The position numbers were made by a program, and so were the translations under genes. From Candidatus Omnitrophota bacterium (GTDB lineage: Bacteria; Omnitrophota; Gorgyraeia; Zapsychrales; Zapsychraceae), in assembly GCA_029261065.1 (NCBI GenBank), contig JAJDCB010000026.1:82715-146714 (forward strand): a stretch of 64,000 nucleotides of DNA, in the 5' to 3' direction. Positions 29,582 through 39,834 of this stretch are shown here, one piece after another. The notes beneath the pieces were generated by a model, which did no database searches, was not told where the DNA came from, and saw only the letters and a list, made by a program, of their open reading frames with translations. The first letter of the stretch is position 1; each line of letters starts with the position of its first letter.

Positions 29582-30960
29582 TCGGAATTTCTAATCATAA
29601 AGAGGCGGCAAAGGTTGTTTATTCTGGTTTGTATGCGTTGCAGCATAGAGGTGAGGAGGCTGCAGGTATTGCTTCTTATAATTTGGATGAAAAAGATATA
29701 CACATTGTCAAAAGTCCCGGTCTTGTGTCAGATGCCTTTGATGATCGCTCCATTAGTGATTTAAAAGGGACAACGGCCATAGGACATTGTCGTTATTCAA
29801 CGACAGGTTCCAGCAATTATAAAAACATACAGCCCTTTATGGTGACCCATAAAAATAGACCGATCGCTGTTGCGCATAACGGAAATTTAACAAATACAGA
29901 AGAACTTTATAGAAAGTTGGAAGAAGAAGGTTCTATTTTTCAAACCTCCATGGATTCTGAGGTTATTATTCATTTATTGGCAAAAACAAAACATGGTGAT
30001 CTTAAGAAATGGTTTGTTAACGTGTTATCCCAATTAAAAGGTGCGTATTCACTGGTTTTTCTTGTCGAAGATAAAATCATAGGGGCACGTGATCCTCAAG
30101 GGTTTAGACCTCTTTGTTTAGGAAAAATTAATGAAAGTTTTATATTGGCTAGCGAAAGTTGTGCTCTTGATTTATTGGGGGCAAAATTTATTAGAGAAAT
30201 TGAGCCGGGAGAAGTCGTTGTTATCAAAGGATCAACGATTGAATCTATCTTTTTGCCAGGGGCTAAGAAGGTTAAAAAGAGTCATTGTATTTTTGAAAAC
30301 ATCTATTTTGCACGACCAGATAGCGACATCTTTGATGATAATGTTTATTTTGTAAGAAAGAGACTAGGCGAACAGTTGGCTAAAGAACATCCTGTGGATG
30401 CTGATTTTGTTATGTCCATTCCGGATTCTGGTAATTATGCCGCGTTGGGTTACGCCAAGCAATTAAAATTACCATATGAGGTTGGCATCATTCGAAATCA
30501 TTACATTGGTCGAACGTTTATTCAGCCAACACAATTTTTGAGAGATTTGCGTGTAAAGATTAAACTAAATCCTATTCGTGATGTGCTTAAAGATAAAAAG
30601 ATTATTGTTGTTGAAGACTCCATTGTGAGAGGGACAACCTCTCGTTCACGTGTGATAGAGTTAAGAAAAGCGGGTGCAAAAGAAATTCATATGCGTATCA
30701 GTTGTCCACCGATAAAATTTCCATGCTTTTATGGAATCGACTTTCCTAGCAAAGATGAGTTGATTGGTTCAAAGAAATCAATAAAAGAGATTGCCGATTT
30801 TATTAAAGTAGATTCTCTTGAATATTTAAGCCAAGAGGGCATGGTTTCGGTGATGAAAAAAACAAAAGATTTTTGTCATGCATGTTTTACAGGGAAGTAT
30901 CCAGTGGACGTACCAAGTAAAAAAGGTAAGTATATCTTAGAAAAGGGAAGGCAACGATAA
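29569..30960 (+). CDS. purF: Amidophosphoribosyltransferase
   Basis: MCGIIG Ntn start, a PRTase motif, and C-terminal Cys residues for a 4Fe-4S cluster. The ATG at 29569 has an AAGGGGAAGG RBS and overlaps the carB 3' end by 13 nt. The ORF-track start at 29452 is an artefact. Confidence 0.9.
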   Translation: MCGIIGISNHKEAAKVVYSGLYALQHRGEEAAGIASYNLDEKDIHIVKSPGLVSDAFDDRSISDLKGTTAIGHCRYSTTGSSNYKNIQPFMVTHKNRPIAVAHNGNLTNTEELYRKLEEEGSIFQTSMDSEVIIHLLAKTKHGDLKKWFVNVLSQLKGAYSLVFLVEDKIIGARDPQGFRPLCLGKINESFILASESCALDLLGAKFIREIEPGEVVVIKGSTIESIFLPGAKKVKKSHCIFENIYFARPDSDIFDDNVYFVRKRLGEQLAKEHPVDADFVMSIPDSGNYAALGYAKQLKLPYEVGIIRNHYIGRTFIQPTQFLRDLRVKIKLNPIRDVLKDKKIIVVEDSIVRGTTSRSRVIELRKAGAKEIHMRISCPPIKFPCFYGIDFPSKDELIGSKKSIKEIADFIKVDSLEYLSQEGMVSVMKKTKDFCHACFTGKYPVDVPSKKGKYILEKGRQR

Positions 30961-30966
30961 ATTATT

Positions 30967-32580
30967 ATGTCTAAAATAATATTTGTCACAGGTGGTGTTG
31001 TATCGAGTTTAGGAAAAGGGATTGCAGCGGCTTCCATTGGAAAGTTGCTTGAGACAAGAGGACTCTCGACAACGATTATCAAGTGCGACCCTTATTTGAA
31101 TGTGGACCCAGGAACCATGAATCCCTTTCAACATGGGGAGGTCTATGTTACGGATGATGGGGCAGAGACAGATTTGGACTTAGGTCATTATGAACGATTT
31201 ACAAATGCGTTATTAACAAAAGATAGCAACATTACGACAGGAAAAATTTATTATTCTGTTATCACTAAAGAACGAAGAGGGGATTATTTAGGGAAAACGG
31301 TTCAAATTATCCCTCATATTACGGATGAAATTAAACGAAGAATTAGGAAGGTATCGAAAGAGCGTGATGTTGATGTGACGATTGTTGAAATTGGGGGGAC
31401 AGTTGGTGATATAGAAAGTTTACCTTTTTTGGAAGCGATCAGACAATTGCGTTGGGAATTAGGGGAATCGTATGCCATTAATATTCATGTGACACTTCTA
31501 CCTTATATAAAATCCGCGGGTGAACAAAAAACAAAGCCAACACAACACAGTGTAGGACGATTAAGAGAGATTGGTATAGCTCCCGATATTCTCCTTTGCC
31601 GAACAGAGAAACATATTACAAAAGAACAAAGAGATAAGATTTCGTTGTTTTGTAATTTGGACCGAGATTCAGTTGTTGAAGCAATAGATGTAAAACACAT
31701 ATACGAAGTCCCTTTAATGTTAAAAAAAGAAGGGCTTGATGATTTAATCGTTAAAAAATTAAATATTAAAAAAGGCGACAAAGATTTAACGGAATGGCGC
31801 AATCTTGTTGTTAAACGATTAAAAAGTCCCAAGCGAGAGATTGATGTGTGTGTTGTTGGTAAATACATTGCATTGCCAGATGCGTATAAATCTATTTATG
31901 AGGCGTTGGTTCATGGTGGGATTGCAAATAATGCGAGAGTTAATATTCTTAAAATTGATTCTGAAGATTTAGAAAAGGGAAAGCACGAATCTCGACTTAA
32001 AAAAGCTCATGGACTTCTCATTCCTGGAGGGTTTGGAGATCGAGGGATTGAAGGAAAAATTAAAGCGGTGCAATATGCACGTGAAAATAATATTCCTTAT
32101 TTTGGAATTTGCTTAGGCATGCAGGTTGCGGCCATCGAATTTGCAAGGAATGTTTGTAAATTAAAAAAGGCGAACTCAACGGAATTTGACAAAAATAGTA
32201 AAAATCCTATTATTTGTCTTCTTGAAGAGCAAAAGACGATTAAAAATTTAGGTGCAACAATGCGACTAGGCTCGTATCCCTGTAAATTATCTAAAAAGAC
32301 AAATAGTCATCGAGCATATAGCAAAGACAATATTTCTGAGAGACATCGGCATCGTTATGAATTTAACAATAAATATAAACCGTCTTTCGTTAAAAAAGGA
32401 ATTGTTTTTTCCGGTGTTAATGCACAGCACGGTTTAGTTGAAATTATGGAATTAAAAAATCACCCTTGGTTTGTGGCTTGTCAATTTCATCCAGAATTTA
32501 AATCTAAGCCAGATAAGGCTCACCCCCTTTTTAAAGATTTTATTGGGGCTGCTCTTGAGCACAAGAAACAAGTTAGTTAA
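30967..32580 (+). CDS. pyrG: CTP synthase
   Basis: An N-terminal synthetase domain ([14 protein letters not shown]) and a C-terminal GATase domain (GICLGMQ). Confidence 0.92.
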   Translation: MSKIIFVTGGVVSSLGKGIAAASIGKLLETRGLSTTIIKCDPYLNVDPGTMNPFQHGEVYVTDDGAETDLDLGHYERFTNALLTKDSNITTGKIYYSVITKERRGDYLGKTVQIIPHITDEIKRRIRKVSKERDVDVTIVEIGGTVGDIESLPFLEAIRQLRWELGESYAINIHVTLLPYIKSAGEQKTKPTQHSVGRLREIGIAPDILLCRTEKHITKEQRDKISLFCNLDRDSVVEAIDVKHIYEVPLMLKKEGLDDLIVKKLNIKKGDKDLTEWRNLVVKRLKSPKREIDVCVVGKYIALPDAYKSIYEALVHGGIANNARVNILKIDSEDLEKGKHESRLKKAHGLLIPGGFGDRGIEGKIKAVQYARENNIPYFGICLGMQVAAIEFARNVCKLKKANSTEFDKNSKNPIICLLEEQKTIKNLGATMRLGSYPCKLSKKTNSHRAYSKDNISERHRHRYEFNNKYKPSFVKKGIVFSGVNAQHGLVEIMELKNHPWFVACQFHPEFKSKPDKAHPLFKDFIGAALEHKKQVS

Positions 32581-32588
32581 CGCACTTC

Positions 32589-32673
32589 GCGCGGGTGGCG
32601 GAATTGGTAGACGCGCTACTTTGAGGGGGTAGTGGCCCAAAAGGCCGTGGTGGTTCAAGTCCACTTCCGCGCA
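32589..32673 (+). tRNA. tRNA-Leu (anticodon GAG), type II with a long variable arm
   Basis: Hand-folded cloverleaf. 7-bp acceptor stem (GCGCGGG / CCGCGCT). 3-bp D stem, as in Leu tRNAs. Anticodon loop TTGAGGG. Long variable arm (GGCCCAAAAGGCC). T arm GGTGG-TTCAAGT-CCACT. Discriminator A. CCA is not encoded. Confidence 0.85.
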
Positions 32674-32678
32674 TTCTG

Positions 32679-32800
32679 CTACGCTCAAATGCTTTCGCGT
32701 TTGAGCTTCGCAGAAACGTGCTCTTTGCTCAAACCTTGCGTATTTGAGCGTAGCGAATGCTTCTTCGAAGTTCAAACACGAAAGTATTTGAACGTAGAAG
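32679..32800. repeat. Cluster of short inverted and direct repeats (CGCTCAAA / TTTGAGCG) immediately 3' of tRNA-Leu
   Basis: tacgctcaaa (32679-32688) is complementary to tttgagcgta (32745-32754). A further tttgaacgtag copy lies near 32780. Confidence 0.4.
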
Positions 32801-32860
32801 AGCTCTTCCCTAAGTTTGTGTTTTAATTTTACAGTTGATTTAACGAAACAGGAGTTTTTC

Positions 32861-33565
32861 ATGCCAGCATTAAAAGTAGCAGCCAGTATTCTTTCCTCAG
32901 ATTTTACCCACCTTGGTGATGAAATCAAAAAATGTGAAGATGCGGGTGCAGATATGATTCATGTCGATGTGATGGATGGTCATTTTGTTCCTAATATTAG
33001 TATTGGTCATTGTATTTTAGAAGCCATCCGACCGATTACAAAACTTCCTATTGAAACGCATCTGATGATTGATAATCCAGGGATGTATGTCGAGGAGTTT
33101 TGTGATTTAGGCGCTGATATTGTCTCGATTCATGTTGAATGTTATGGACAGTTAAGAGCACAATGCGATGGGTTGGGTAAATATCCTAAAGAGATTGATG
33201 TTTTAGATGTTGAGCGTGCGCGTGGGGATGTTAAAAAGATACAAAACAAGGGCAAAAAAGCCTTTATGGTGATTAATCCAGGAACACCTTTGTGTTTGGG
33301 CGATTTAGAAAAGGATATTGATGGCGTTTTGATAATGTCAGTAAATCCTGGTTTTTCTCGACAGAAATTTAAGCCAGAGGTTTTGTCAAAAATTGAAGAA
33401 TTAAGAAAGACTTTTGATAAAGATATCTCTATCGATGGTGGGGTAAGTGATAAAACGGCACCGGACTCCGTTAAAGCAGGGGCAAATATCTTAGCTACAG
33501 CTAGTTATTTTTTTGGATCTGAGAATCCGTCAGAAGCTGTCAGAATTTTAAAGGCATTAGGCTAA
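32861..33565 (+). CDS. rpe: Ribulose-phosphate 3-epimerase
   Basis: ATG at 32861 with an ACAGGAG RBS. Motifs include SILSSDF and HVDVMDGHFVPN. There is an insertion of about 25 aa relative to typical Rpe proteins. Confidence 0.85.
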   Translation: MPALKVAASILSSDFTHLGDEIKKCEDAGADMIHVDVMDGHFVPNISIGHCILEAIRPITKLPIETHLMIDNPGMYVEEFCDLGADIVSIHVECYGQLRAQCDGLGKYPKEIDVLDVERARGDVKKIQNKGKKAFMVINPGTPLCLGDLEKDIDGVLIMSVNPGFSRQKFKPEVLSKIEELRKTFDKDISIDGGVSDKTAPDSVKAGANILATASYFFGSENPSEAVRILKALG

Positions 33566-33625
33566 AGTTCGTGTGAGAAGTTAAACGATTGTAATATAAT
33601 CGTTTAGGTGGTATATTTTAAGTAC

Positions 33626-33901
33626 ATGAATACTTTCCTTTCAAAAAAGACAAAACGGGGCCAAGCAGCGATTGAATATATGTTGTTACTTGGTGTTGTT
33701 GTGGCTATTGTTTTGGTTGGATTTAGACTTTATTTGCCCAGGGCAAAAAATTCAGCAGGTCGATTTTATAATAAGTCTGTTGTAGGAATTATGGGAAACG
33801 CTTCTCGGTGTGGAGATGGGTATTGTGATCCAAACTTTGAAGATTTCGAAAGATGTTGTGCAGATTGTTCTGGATGTGGTTTTTTTATTCCTCCTTCTTA
33901 A
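33626..33901 (+). CDS. Flp/prepilin-like small secreted protein with a cysteine-rich C-terminal tail
   Basis: An N-terminal class-III signal-like motif (KRG|QAAIEYMLLLGVVVAIVLV) has Glu at +5 after Gly. The C-terminus has 7 Cys (RCGDGYCDPNFEDFERCCADCSGCG). Confidence 0.45.
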   Translation: MNTFLSKKTKRGQAAIEYMLLLGVVVAIVLVGFRLYLPRAKNSAGRFYNKSVVGIMGNASRCGDGYCDPNFEDFERCCADCSGCGFFIPPS

Positions 33902-34838
33902 TACGTGTTGAGCCCGTTCTTTTATCTCTTACAAAAACACTTTTCTCAAAACTTTTAGCATATTTTTTAAGTTCAGCGCCAATTTCCCCTATTTGGGCAA
34001 CATGGGTGATTGCCTGCGTCCTGTTACTAACAATGCCTATTGAAACGCCCAATAGTCCAAAGGTTTGTTTATTTCCCTGGCGATCGACCCCTGTGATCTG
34101 TCCAGCTTCATAATCTTCTTTGGTATAGAAGGAGGGAACTTTTTCATCAAACTCGGTAACAATTTTTTCTGAAATATCATCAATGATAGTATCATCTGAG
34201 ATAAAAACAAAGTCGTCACCTCCAATGTGTCCAATAAAAGCTTCTTTGCCACCAATATCTCTTACATGTTTGATGAGAATACGCGCAAGTTCTTTAATAA
34301 CATCATCACCTTTATCAAATCCATATTTGTCATTATAAACTTTAAATTTATCAAGATCAGCGTAACCCACGGCAAATGTTTTGCCGCCGTCGATACTTTC
34401 TTGTAATTCTTCATTGATGGAAGTGTTGCCTGGAAGATGTGTTAGGGGGCTGGCATCAAGGCTACGACTGGTTCTGTTTAAGATCATGCGTATACGAGCT
34501 AACAATTCATCGGGGGCAAACGGTTTAACCATATAGTCATCGACACCGGCCTCGATTCCACTAATACGATCTTGAACCTCACCCTTTCCCGTCAACATAA
34601 TAAGAGGGATGTGTCTTAATAAGATATCTTTTTTAAGCGCCTTGCAAAATTCTCGACCATTCATTACAGGCATCATGTAGTCGCAAATGATAAGGTCAGG
34701 AAGTTTTTGATGTACGAGCGTCAACCCTGCTTGTCCGTTGTTAGCTTGAAAAACATCATATTGCTCTGATAGAGTTAGTTCTAAAACATCCAGAATATCT
34801 GGATCATCATCTATAGTGATAATTTTTTCTTTTTTCAT
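33885..34838 (-). CDS. Response regulator with a receiver domain and a GGDEF domain (variant GGDDF signature)
   Basis: REC domain with a conserved Asp (LIICDYMMP). A GGDEF-fold C-terminus (YADLDKFKVYNDKYGFDKGD...IGHIGGDDFVFI). Confidence 0.85.
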   Translation of the reverse strand: MKKEKIITIDDDPDILDVLELTLSEQYDVFQANNGQAGLTLVHQKLPDLIICDYMMPVMNGREFCKALKKDILLRHIPLIMLTGKGEVQDRISGIEAGVDDYMVKPFAPDELLARIRMILNRTSRSLDASPLTHLPGNTSINEELQESIDGGKTFAVGYADLDKFKVYNDKYGFDKGDDVIKELARILIKHVRDIGGKEAFIGHIGGDDFVFISDDTIIDDISEKIVTEFDEKVPSFYTKEDYEAGQITGVDRQGNKQTFGLLGVSIGIVSNRTQAITHVAQIGEIGAELKKYAKSFEKSVFVRDKRTGSTRIKKEE

Positions 34839-34877
34839 GATACAACTTTCCTTTTTAAGCCTCTAATAGATAAACCT

Positions 34878-36392
34878 TTAAGTTTCTAAAGATTCTTTTT
34901 TAATAACGTCTTCTTTTTTTGTGGGTAATGTAAAATGGAAATTCGTTCCTTCGGTGACAATGCTTGTAACCCAAAGTTGACCATTGTGTGCTTCTACAAT
35001 TTTTTTAGCAAGGGGAAGTCCCAGACCTGTTCCTTTTACATTTAGATTAATTTCATTTTCTACGCGGTAGAATTCATCAAATAATTTTAGAATGTCTTCT
35101 TCTTTAATACCGATTCCTGTATCAGAAACAGTAATAGTAACTTTCTCGGCGTCCAATTCAGCTTTAATTTGTATTGTACCATCAATAGGCGTAAATTTTA
35201 CAGCATTTCCAACGAGGTTAATAAAGACACGCTCAATTTGGCTGCTGTCTAAGAACATTTCTGGGATATTTGCTGCTAGTTCTGTTTTCCAGGTAATATT
35301 TTTTTCCTTCATTTGAGGAGTAAGAAGATCATTGATATTCTCGATCATGGCGAGAAGATTACATTTACCATAATTCATCTCAGCGCGCCCTGATTCAATA
35401 CGTGAGATGTCTAATAGATCATTAATGAGTTTGACCAGATTGTCAGAATGTGTGTTGATTTTTTCAAGACGTGCTTTAACCTCATCAGGGATGGCTCCCA
35501 GTTTCCCGGTCATCAATATCGCCGCATAACCTTTAATAGAGGTAAGGGGTGTGCGTAGTTCGTGAGAGACGGCGGAGATAAATTCCGTTTTGGTCTTACT
35601 TATTTTTTGAACCTCTTCAAGGGCTGTTGCCAACTGTTTTGTTCGATCTTGGATTTTCGTTTCTAGTTGCTGGCTTGAGGTAAAAACCTGCTCAAAAAGC
35701 CTAGCATTTTCTAGGGATTGTCCAATTTGGTTAGCTAAAATAGAGATTAATTCTTCATCACCTTCAGTGATGGATAAGGCATTAGATCTGTTTCCAACAA
35801 ACATCATACCAATAATTCCGTTTTGCGTTAATACAGGGGAGATGACAAAATGCTCAACATTAAATAAACCGACAATAAGTTCTTTTCTTTGGGCGGGGGA
35901 GGTGACAGACGAAAAAGTATGTCCTTCACCTAAGGCTGCAATAAGGCTTGAGTCTTTTTCTAAATTTGAAACAATGAAACGTAGTTCGTCTTGAGAAAAA
36001 CCATCTTCACTTCGAACACGGATTCTTTTTTCTTTGTCATAGATGAGAATTAAGTTTTTCTCAAATCCTAAATCTGATTTTAGAGCAATGTCAAGGCGGT
36101 GAAAAATTTCATCCTCATCAAGGGTGGTACTAATAAGTCTCGAAATTTTTTGTAAAGATTCTAAGCCGCCAATCCGTTTATCTAATTCCTCTTGAGCTCT
36201 GTTTAATTCAAGGTCTGTTTTGACAATAAGCTTGGCTTGTTCATCTAAATCGTTAAAGGATGTTTTTAGTTTGTTTAAGGTTCCGGTGAGGATAGATATG
36301 GTGTCACTCTTTTTTATGAGGAGTAATGCGAATACGACAATGATCACAAAAAGAAGGACAAACGACAATAGTATAAATAATGTATTATCCAC
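34878..36392 (-). CDS. Sensor histidine kinase (single N-terminal TM helix, coiled coil, GAF, HisKA, HATPase_c)
   Basis: H-box SHELRTPL and N/G-boxes (NLVGNAVKFT, GTGLGL). A GAF-like region is upstream of them. Confidence 0.85.
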   Translation of the reverse strand: MDNTLFILLSFVLLFVIIVVFALLLIKKSDTISILTGTLNKLKTSFNDLDEQAKLIVKTDLELNRAQEELDKRIGGLESLQKISRLISTTLDEDEIFHRLDIALKSDLGFEKNLILIYDKEKRIRVRSEDGFSQDELRFIVSNLEKDSSLIAALGEGHTFSSVTSPAQRKELIVGLFNVEHFVISPVLTQNGIIGMMFVGNRSNALSITEGDEELISILANQIGQSLENARLFEQVFTSSQQLETKIQDRTKQLATALEEVQKISKTKTEFISAVSHELRTPLTSIKGYAAILMTGKLGAIPDEVKARLEKINTHSDNLVKLINDLLDISRIESGRAEMNYGKCNLLAMIENINDLLTPQMKEKNITWKTELAANIPEMFLDSSQIERVFINLVGNAVKFTPIDGTIQIKAELDAEKVTITVSDTGIGIKEEDILKLFDEFYRVENEINLNVKGTGLGLPLAKKIVEAHNGQLWVTSIVTEGTNFHFTLPTKKEDVIKKESLET

Positions 36393-37580
36393 CTAAGCTA
36401 TTCCTAAAACAATAATGCTTTCGTTTAACAAATGAGGATGTTTAAATTTTTCAATGGTTTGAAACGGACTGATTTCACCATTAGAATACATGCCAAAAAT
36501 AGGCACACTGTGACCAAAAATTTCTTTGATTTGGTTTATTTCAGCAAAGGCCGAGCGCCCTAATAGTTTTAATCGAGCCATAGATTCGATAATAAGTATA
36601 AGCTTGGGTTGTTTACCAAGTAATGCGTTTTGGGCCTCTTGGGCGGCTTCTACAGCTGCCTGTTTACATGAATCTTTATTCCCGATCATAATATGCACCT
36701 CAGAACCGCGAGGAACATCCCCCTGACATACGATACTTCCATCAGGTAATATGTCAATGGCATTTTTTAATAAATATTCCTTTGTCCCCTCCACATGGAT
36801 CCCTAAAGGGTAAAGGATGGCTAAGGCTCCACGTTTGTTGTGTTGAAGCTCTTTGGCATCTTGTCCAAGGTAGGATTCGTAAAGGTTGATAGCCTTCTGC
36901 CCATCAATGCGTTTTATGATATTGCCTTCCGATTCATCAATGATGCGGGGTTTCCCAAGTGGGCGCCAACCATGGCGTGTTCCAACGCCAACGTGACAAT
37001 TTCCACCTATTAAAGTTCCAACGGCCGAATCATTTAAAGATTTATCTTCAAAACATTGGAAGGAATTTTCGAAAAGGAAATCATCGCTGCTACCGGCACC
37101 AACGATGGGAAAAACGTTTCCAAAGATATCTTGAAGACCTTTAAGAAAGGAGGAATTGTTTTTTAACTCGCCATCAATAAAAAATAAAAATGTCCCGCGG
37201 TTATGTTGGCCAAAGTCTGATAGGCTTTTTTTGGCCAAAAAGCTTGCGGCTTGATGTGGGTCTTGAGAGGCGATATCATTGACTGAACCTGTCCCAAAAA
37301 ATATGTCATCAGAGCTAACGGTTAATACCCCAATTCCATGAGCTTGAATAGAATCTGAAAGGATGACACCGGCTGTTGAGCAACCAATCAGTTTAGTGTT
37401 ATTTAGGACTTTGCGGATGACAGGTAGGGATTGTTGAGAAGGGTAGTGAACGGTGCTAAAAACAAGGGTAAAGTCAATTTTATCGGTACCTAGGTTTGAT
37501 TTTGAAAGAAAAGCGGCGCTTTGTGCAGCTAACTCGACATCCCTATCTTGACTAAACCCAATTCCTATATTGGTGGGCAA
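36393..37580 (-). CDS. FIST-domain sensory protein (FIST_N + FIST_C)
   Basis: 395 aa, soluble. The architecture resembles FIST-domain proteins. It abuts the histidine kinase gene with no gap. Confidence 0.7.
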   Translation of the reverse strand: MPTNIGIGFSQDRDVELAAQSAAFLSKSNLGTDKIDFTLVFSTVHYPSQQSLPVIRKVLNNTKLIGCSTAGVILSDSIQAHGIGVLTVSSDDIFFGTGSVNDIASQDPHQAASFLAKKSLSDFGQHNRGTFLFFIDGELKNNSSFLKGLQDIFGNVFPIVGAGSSDDFLFENSFQCFEDKSLNDSAVGTLIGGNCHVGVGTRHGWRPLGKPRIIDESEGNIIKRIDGQKAINLYESYLGQDAKELQHNKRGALAILYPLGIHVEGTKEYLLKNAIDILPDGSIVCQGDVPRGSEVHIMIGNKDSCKQAAVEAAQEAQNALLGKQPKLILIIESMARLKLLGRSAFAEINQIKEIFGHSVPIFGMYSNGEISPFQTIEKFKHPHLLNESIIVLGIA

Positions 37581-37680
37581 AATGAATCTCCTCTTTTTAT
37601 TGCCAAACTCTTAATAAAGTATAACACCATAAATTTTACTGTGAATATATTTTGTGTACTTTTAAGGATTATAAAAGAGT

Positions 37681-39834
37681 TTAGAAGATATCTCCCACCA
37701 AGGAGGCTTTGATGTATTTATCACGTTTTTCAGCCGATATATAGGTGCGATAAAAGTTTGTATTATCAGGGGTGCCATTTCGATAAATAGCGGTTTGATA
37801 GAGTCCCTTTGGAAGTGTTAAAGGGTAGTCAAAAGTAAAGGTGATAGGTGATCCATTTGGGTCCGTTGTGAAATTTTTGGATGTGATAGGTTTTGATATG
37901 TAGTTTGAGGTATGGGGAAGCCAGATGTTTTGCTTGATGTCAAATTTATACAAATAAGCAGTAAGAGAATCGTTTGGTTTTCCTATTTTATACATTTGAA
38001 ATGTAAGGCCTTCTACGTATTTTTCTTTTTCAATTTTTTCGATGCGACCCTTAAATTTATAAACAGTATTGTGTGTGCCAATGTTCCGAACCCCTTGTAA
38101 GACCATTGTTTTTAAGGCTGTTGAAGGGCTTTTCAGTTTATTTTCTTTTGAAAGTTTGTTGAGATCGAGTAACCAGGCGTAGCCTTTTTTAAAATCAGTT
38201 TTAGAGAAATGATGGAGCATTAGGTCCCGATAGGAAAGAGTCTCTTCTTCGTGCAACCAATAACGGCTTGAAGCAATGGTTTTAAATCGTTTGGTTGCAT
38301 ATTTGGCCAGGGACTGTTTTTCTATGAGGTCATTGAGATACAGGTCTTCATCAAAATCAACGTAAGGTCCAAGCATGGCCAAATAAAGCGAGGATCCTAT
38401 GACGGGAGCAACAAGATAATGTCCCGCATTCATTTGATAGATATTATCAAGATGAAAGAAGTTAACATTTTCATATATTTTGGGATTAAGTTGTTCGATT
38501 AAGTTAAATGTAAGAAAATTTGAAGTGTTGGTGTAGATAGTTTTCGTTTTCAAACGATGGATTTCATTTGATATAAATGTTGTCGCCATTCGTGAAGGAA
38601 AAATATCAGAGATAAAAATATAACCATTTGTGATGATTTGAATAATCAAAAGAAAAATGATCGTTCGTGATTTCGAATTTTTTTTAAATATAAATAGATT
38701 TTGAGATAACCAGAGATTGGGTACTTGAGATAAGAAATATCCTATTAATAAGATAATTCCAACAAAGGCAGGAAAGTAATTACGACCATATTGTGCGACA
38801 CCTTTCAGTTCAGCAAGCATAACGGCAGAGAGGCTTAAGATAATCATAAGTAGGGGGACAACGTTACGCATGTCTTTCGGTTGTTTTTTAAATAAAGTTT
38901 TAATCGATAAATAAGCAATGCTAAAAAGAAAAGTTGGAAATAGGACGGGCATAATAAGATTGAAGTACTTAAAAACCCAAAGAATGCCGCCTCTTATAGG
39001 TAATGAGGGATCCTCAATCCATTGTTGGAAAATCGATTGATTATAGTAGAAATGGGAAAAGCGAGAGCCGATGCTTAGGTGTTCCAGAAAAGAATTTAGG
39101 TTCCCAGTAATATTTGGATAATTGAAATAAACGAGGGGGAGGAGGCCTCCTAATATTAAAAGAGGGGGGCAGGCTATAATTTTAGATGATGATTTTTTTG
39201 TTGATAAAAATATGATAGTCGCAAAAAGGTAAGGAAAATAGATAATGGCGTTTGGAGAACTAAAAATAGAAAGACTAAAAAGGAGCCCAGAAAGTATGTA
39301 ATTAAAATTTGAAGAAAAAGAATGGGGTGATTTAAGTAGAATGAATATTGCAAATAAAAAATAAAAAAGTCCAATCGTCTGATGAGCAACAAATAAGACG
39401 TACATGTAAGGCCAAAAGCTAGAGATAAAAAGAAGGTAACAAATAAGAGCGACATTTTTCTGCCAAAATTGCTTGGCTATAAAAAAGATAAGTAAAGAAG
39501 ATAGACAGAAATAGAAAATGCACGTAAGAATTAAAGGGCGTAATGATGTTGTGTCAGATAAAAGTTTTTGAAATAGAGAGAAGTTAACGATTGAAAATTC
39601 TTTACCGTGCAACCAGCGTTCGTTAAGTTTATCAACATCTTTATGTATTTCTGAAATGTAGTTAAGAGACGGGAGTTGTTTCGCCGCGCTCCAATATAAA
39701 TTTTTAGCATCCGACGGGATAAAGTTTATGTTCCAGGTTGATGCGCTTAGGCTGACACCAATGAAAAAAGTCAGTAATATGACAATTCTGGTTTGTACAG
39801 AAATTTTCATTTTGGCATTTGAAGCTCGACCCAA
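37681..39834 (-). CDS. Large polytopic membrane protein (about 12 or more TM helices plus a ~250-aa C-terminal soluble domain), possibly a GT-C-type glycosyl/lipid transferase
   Basis: The N-terminal 450 aa are hydrophobic helices. The C-terminal domain is hydrophilic. No specific family recognised by eye. Confidence 0.55.
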   Translation of the reverse strand: MGRASNAKMKISVQTRIVILLTFFIGVSLSASTWNINFIPSDAKNLYWSAAKQLPSLNYISEIHKDVDKLNERWLHGKEFSIVNFSLFQKLLSDTTSLRPLILTCIFYFCLSSLLIFFIAKQFWQKNVALICYLLFISSFWPYMYVLFVAHQTIGLFYFLFAIFILLKSPHSFSSNFNYILSGLLFSLSIFSSPNAIIYFPYLFATIIFLSTKKSSSKIIACPPLLILGGLLPLVYFNYPNITGNLNSFLEHLSIGSRFSHFYYNQSIFQQWIEDPSLPIRGGILWVFKYFNLIMPVLFPTFLFSIAYLSIKTLFKKQPKDMRNVVPLLMIILSLSAVMLAELKGVAQYGRNYFPAFVGIILLIGYFLSQVPNLWLSQNLFIFKKNSKSRTIIFLLIIQIITNGYIFISDIFPSRMATTFISNEIHRLKTKTIYTNTSNFLTFNLIEQLNPKIYENVNFFHLDNIYQMNAGHYLVAPVIGSSLYLAMLGPYVDFDEDLYLNDLIEKQSLAKYATKRFKTIASSRYWLHEEETLSYRDLMLHHFSKTDFKKGYAWLLDLNKLSKENKLKSPSTALKTMVLQGVRNIGTHNTVYKFKGRIEKIEKEKYVEGLTFQMYKIGKPNDSLTAYLYKFDIKQNIWLPHTSNYISKPITSKNFTTDPNGSPITFTFDYPLTLPKGLYQTAIYRNGTPDNTNFYRTYISAEKRDKYIKASLVGDIF

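Noticed and set aside
33853-34113. 86-aa ORF on the + strand overlapping the 3' end of the REC-GGDEF gene.
   Set aside because: Antisense to a well-supported domain-containing CDS, with no features of its own.
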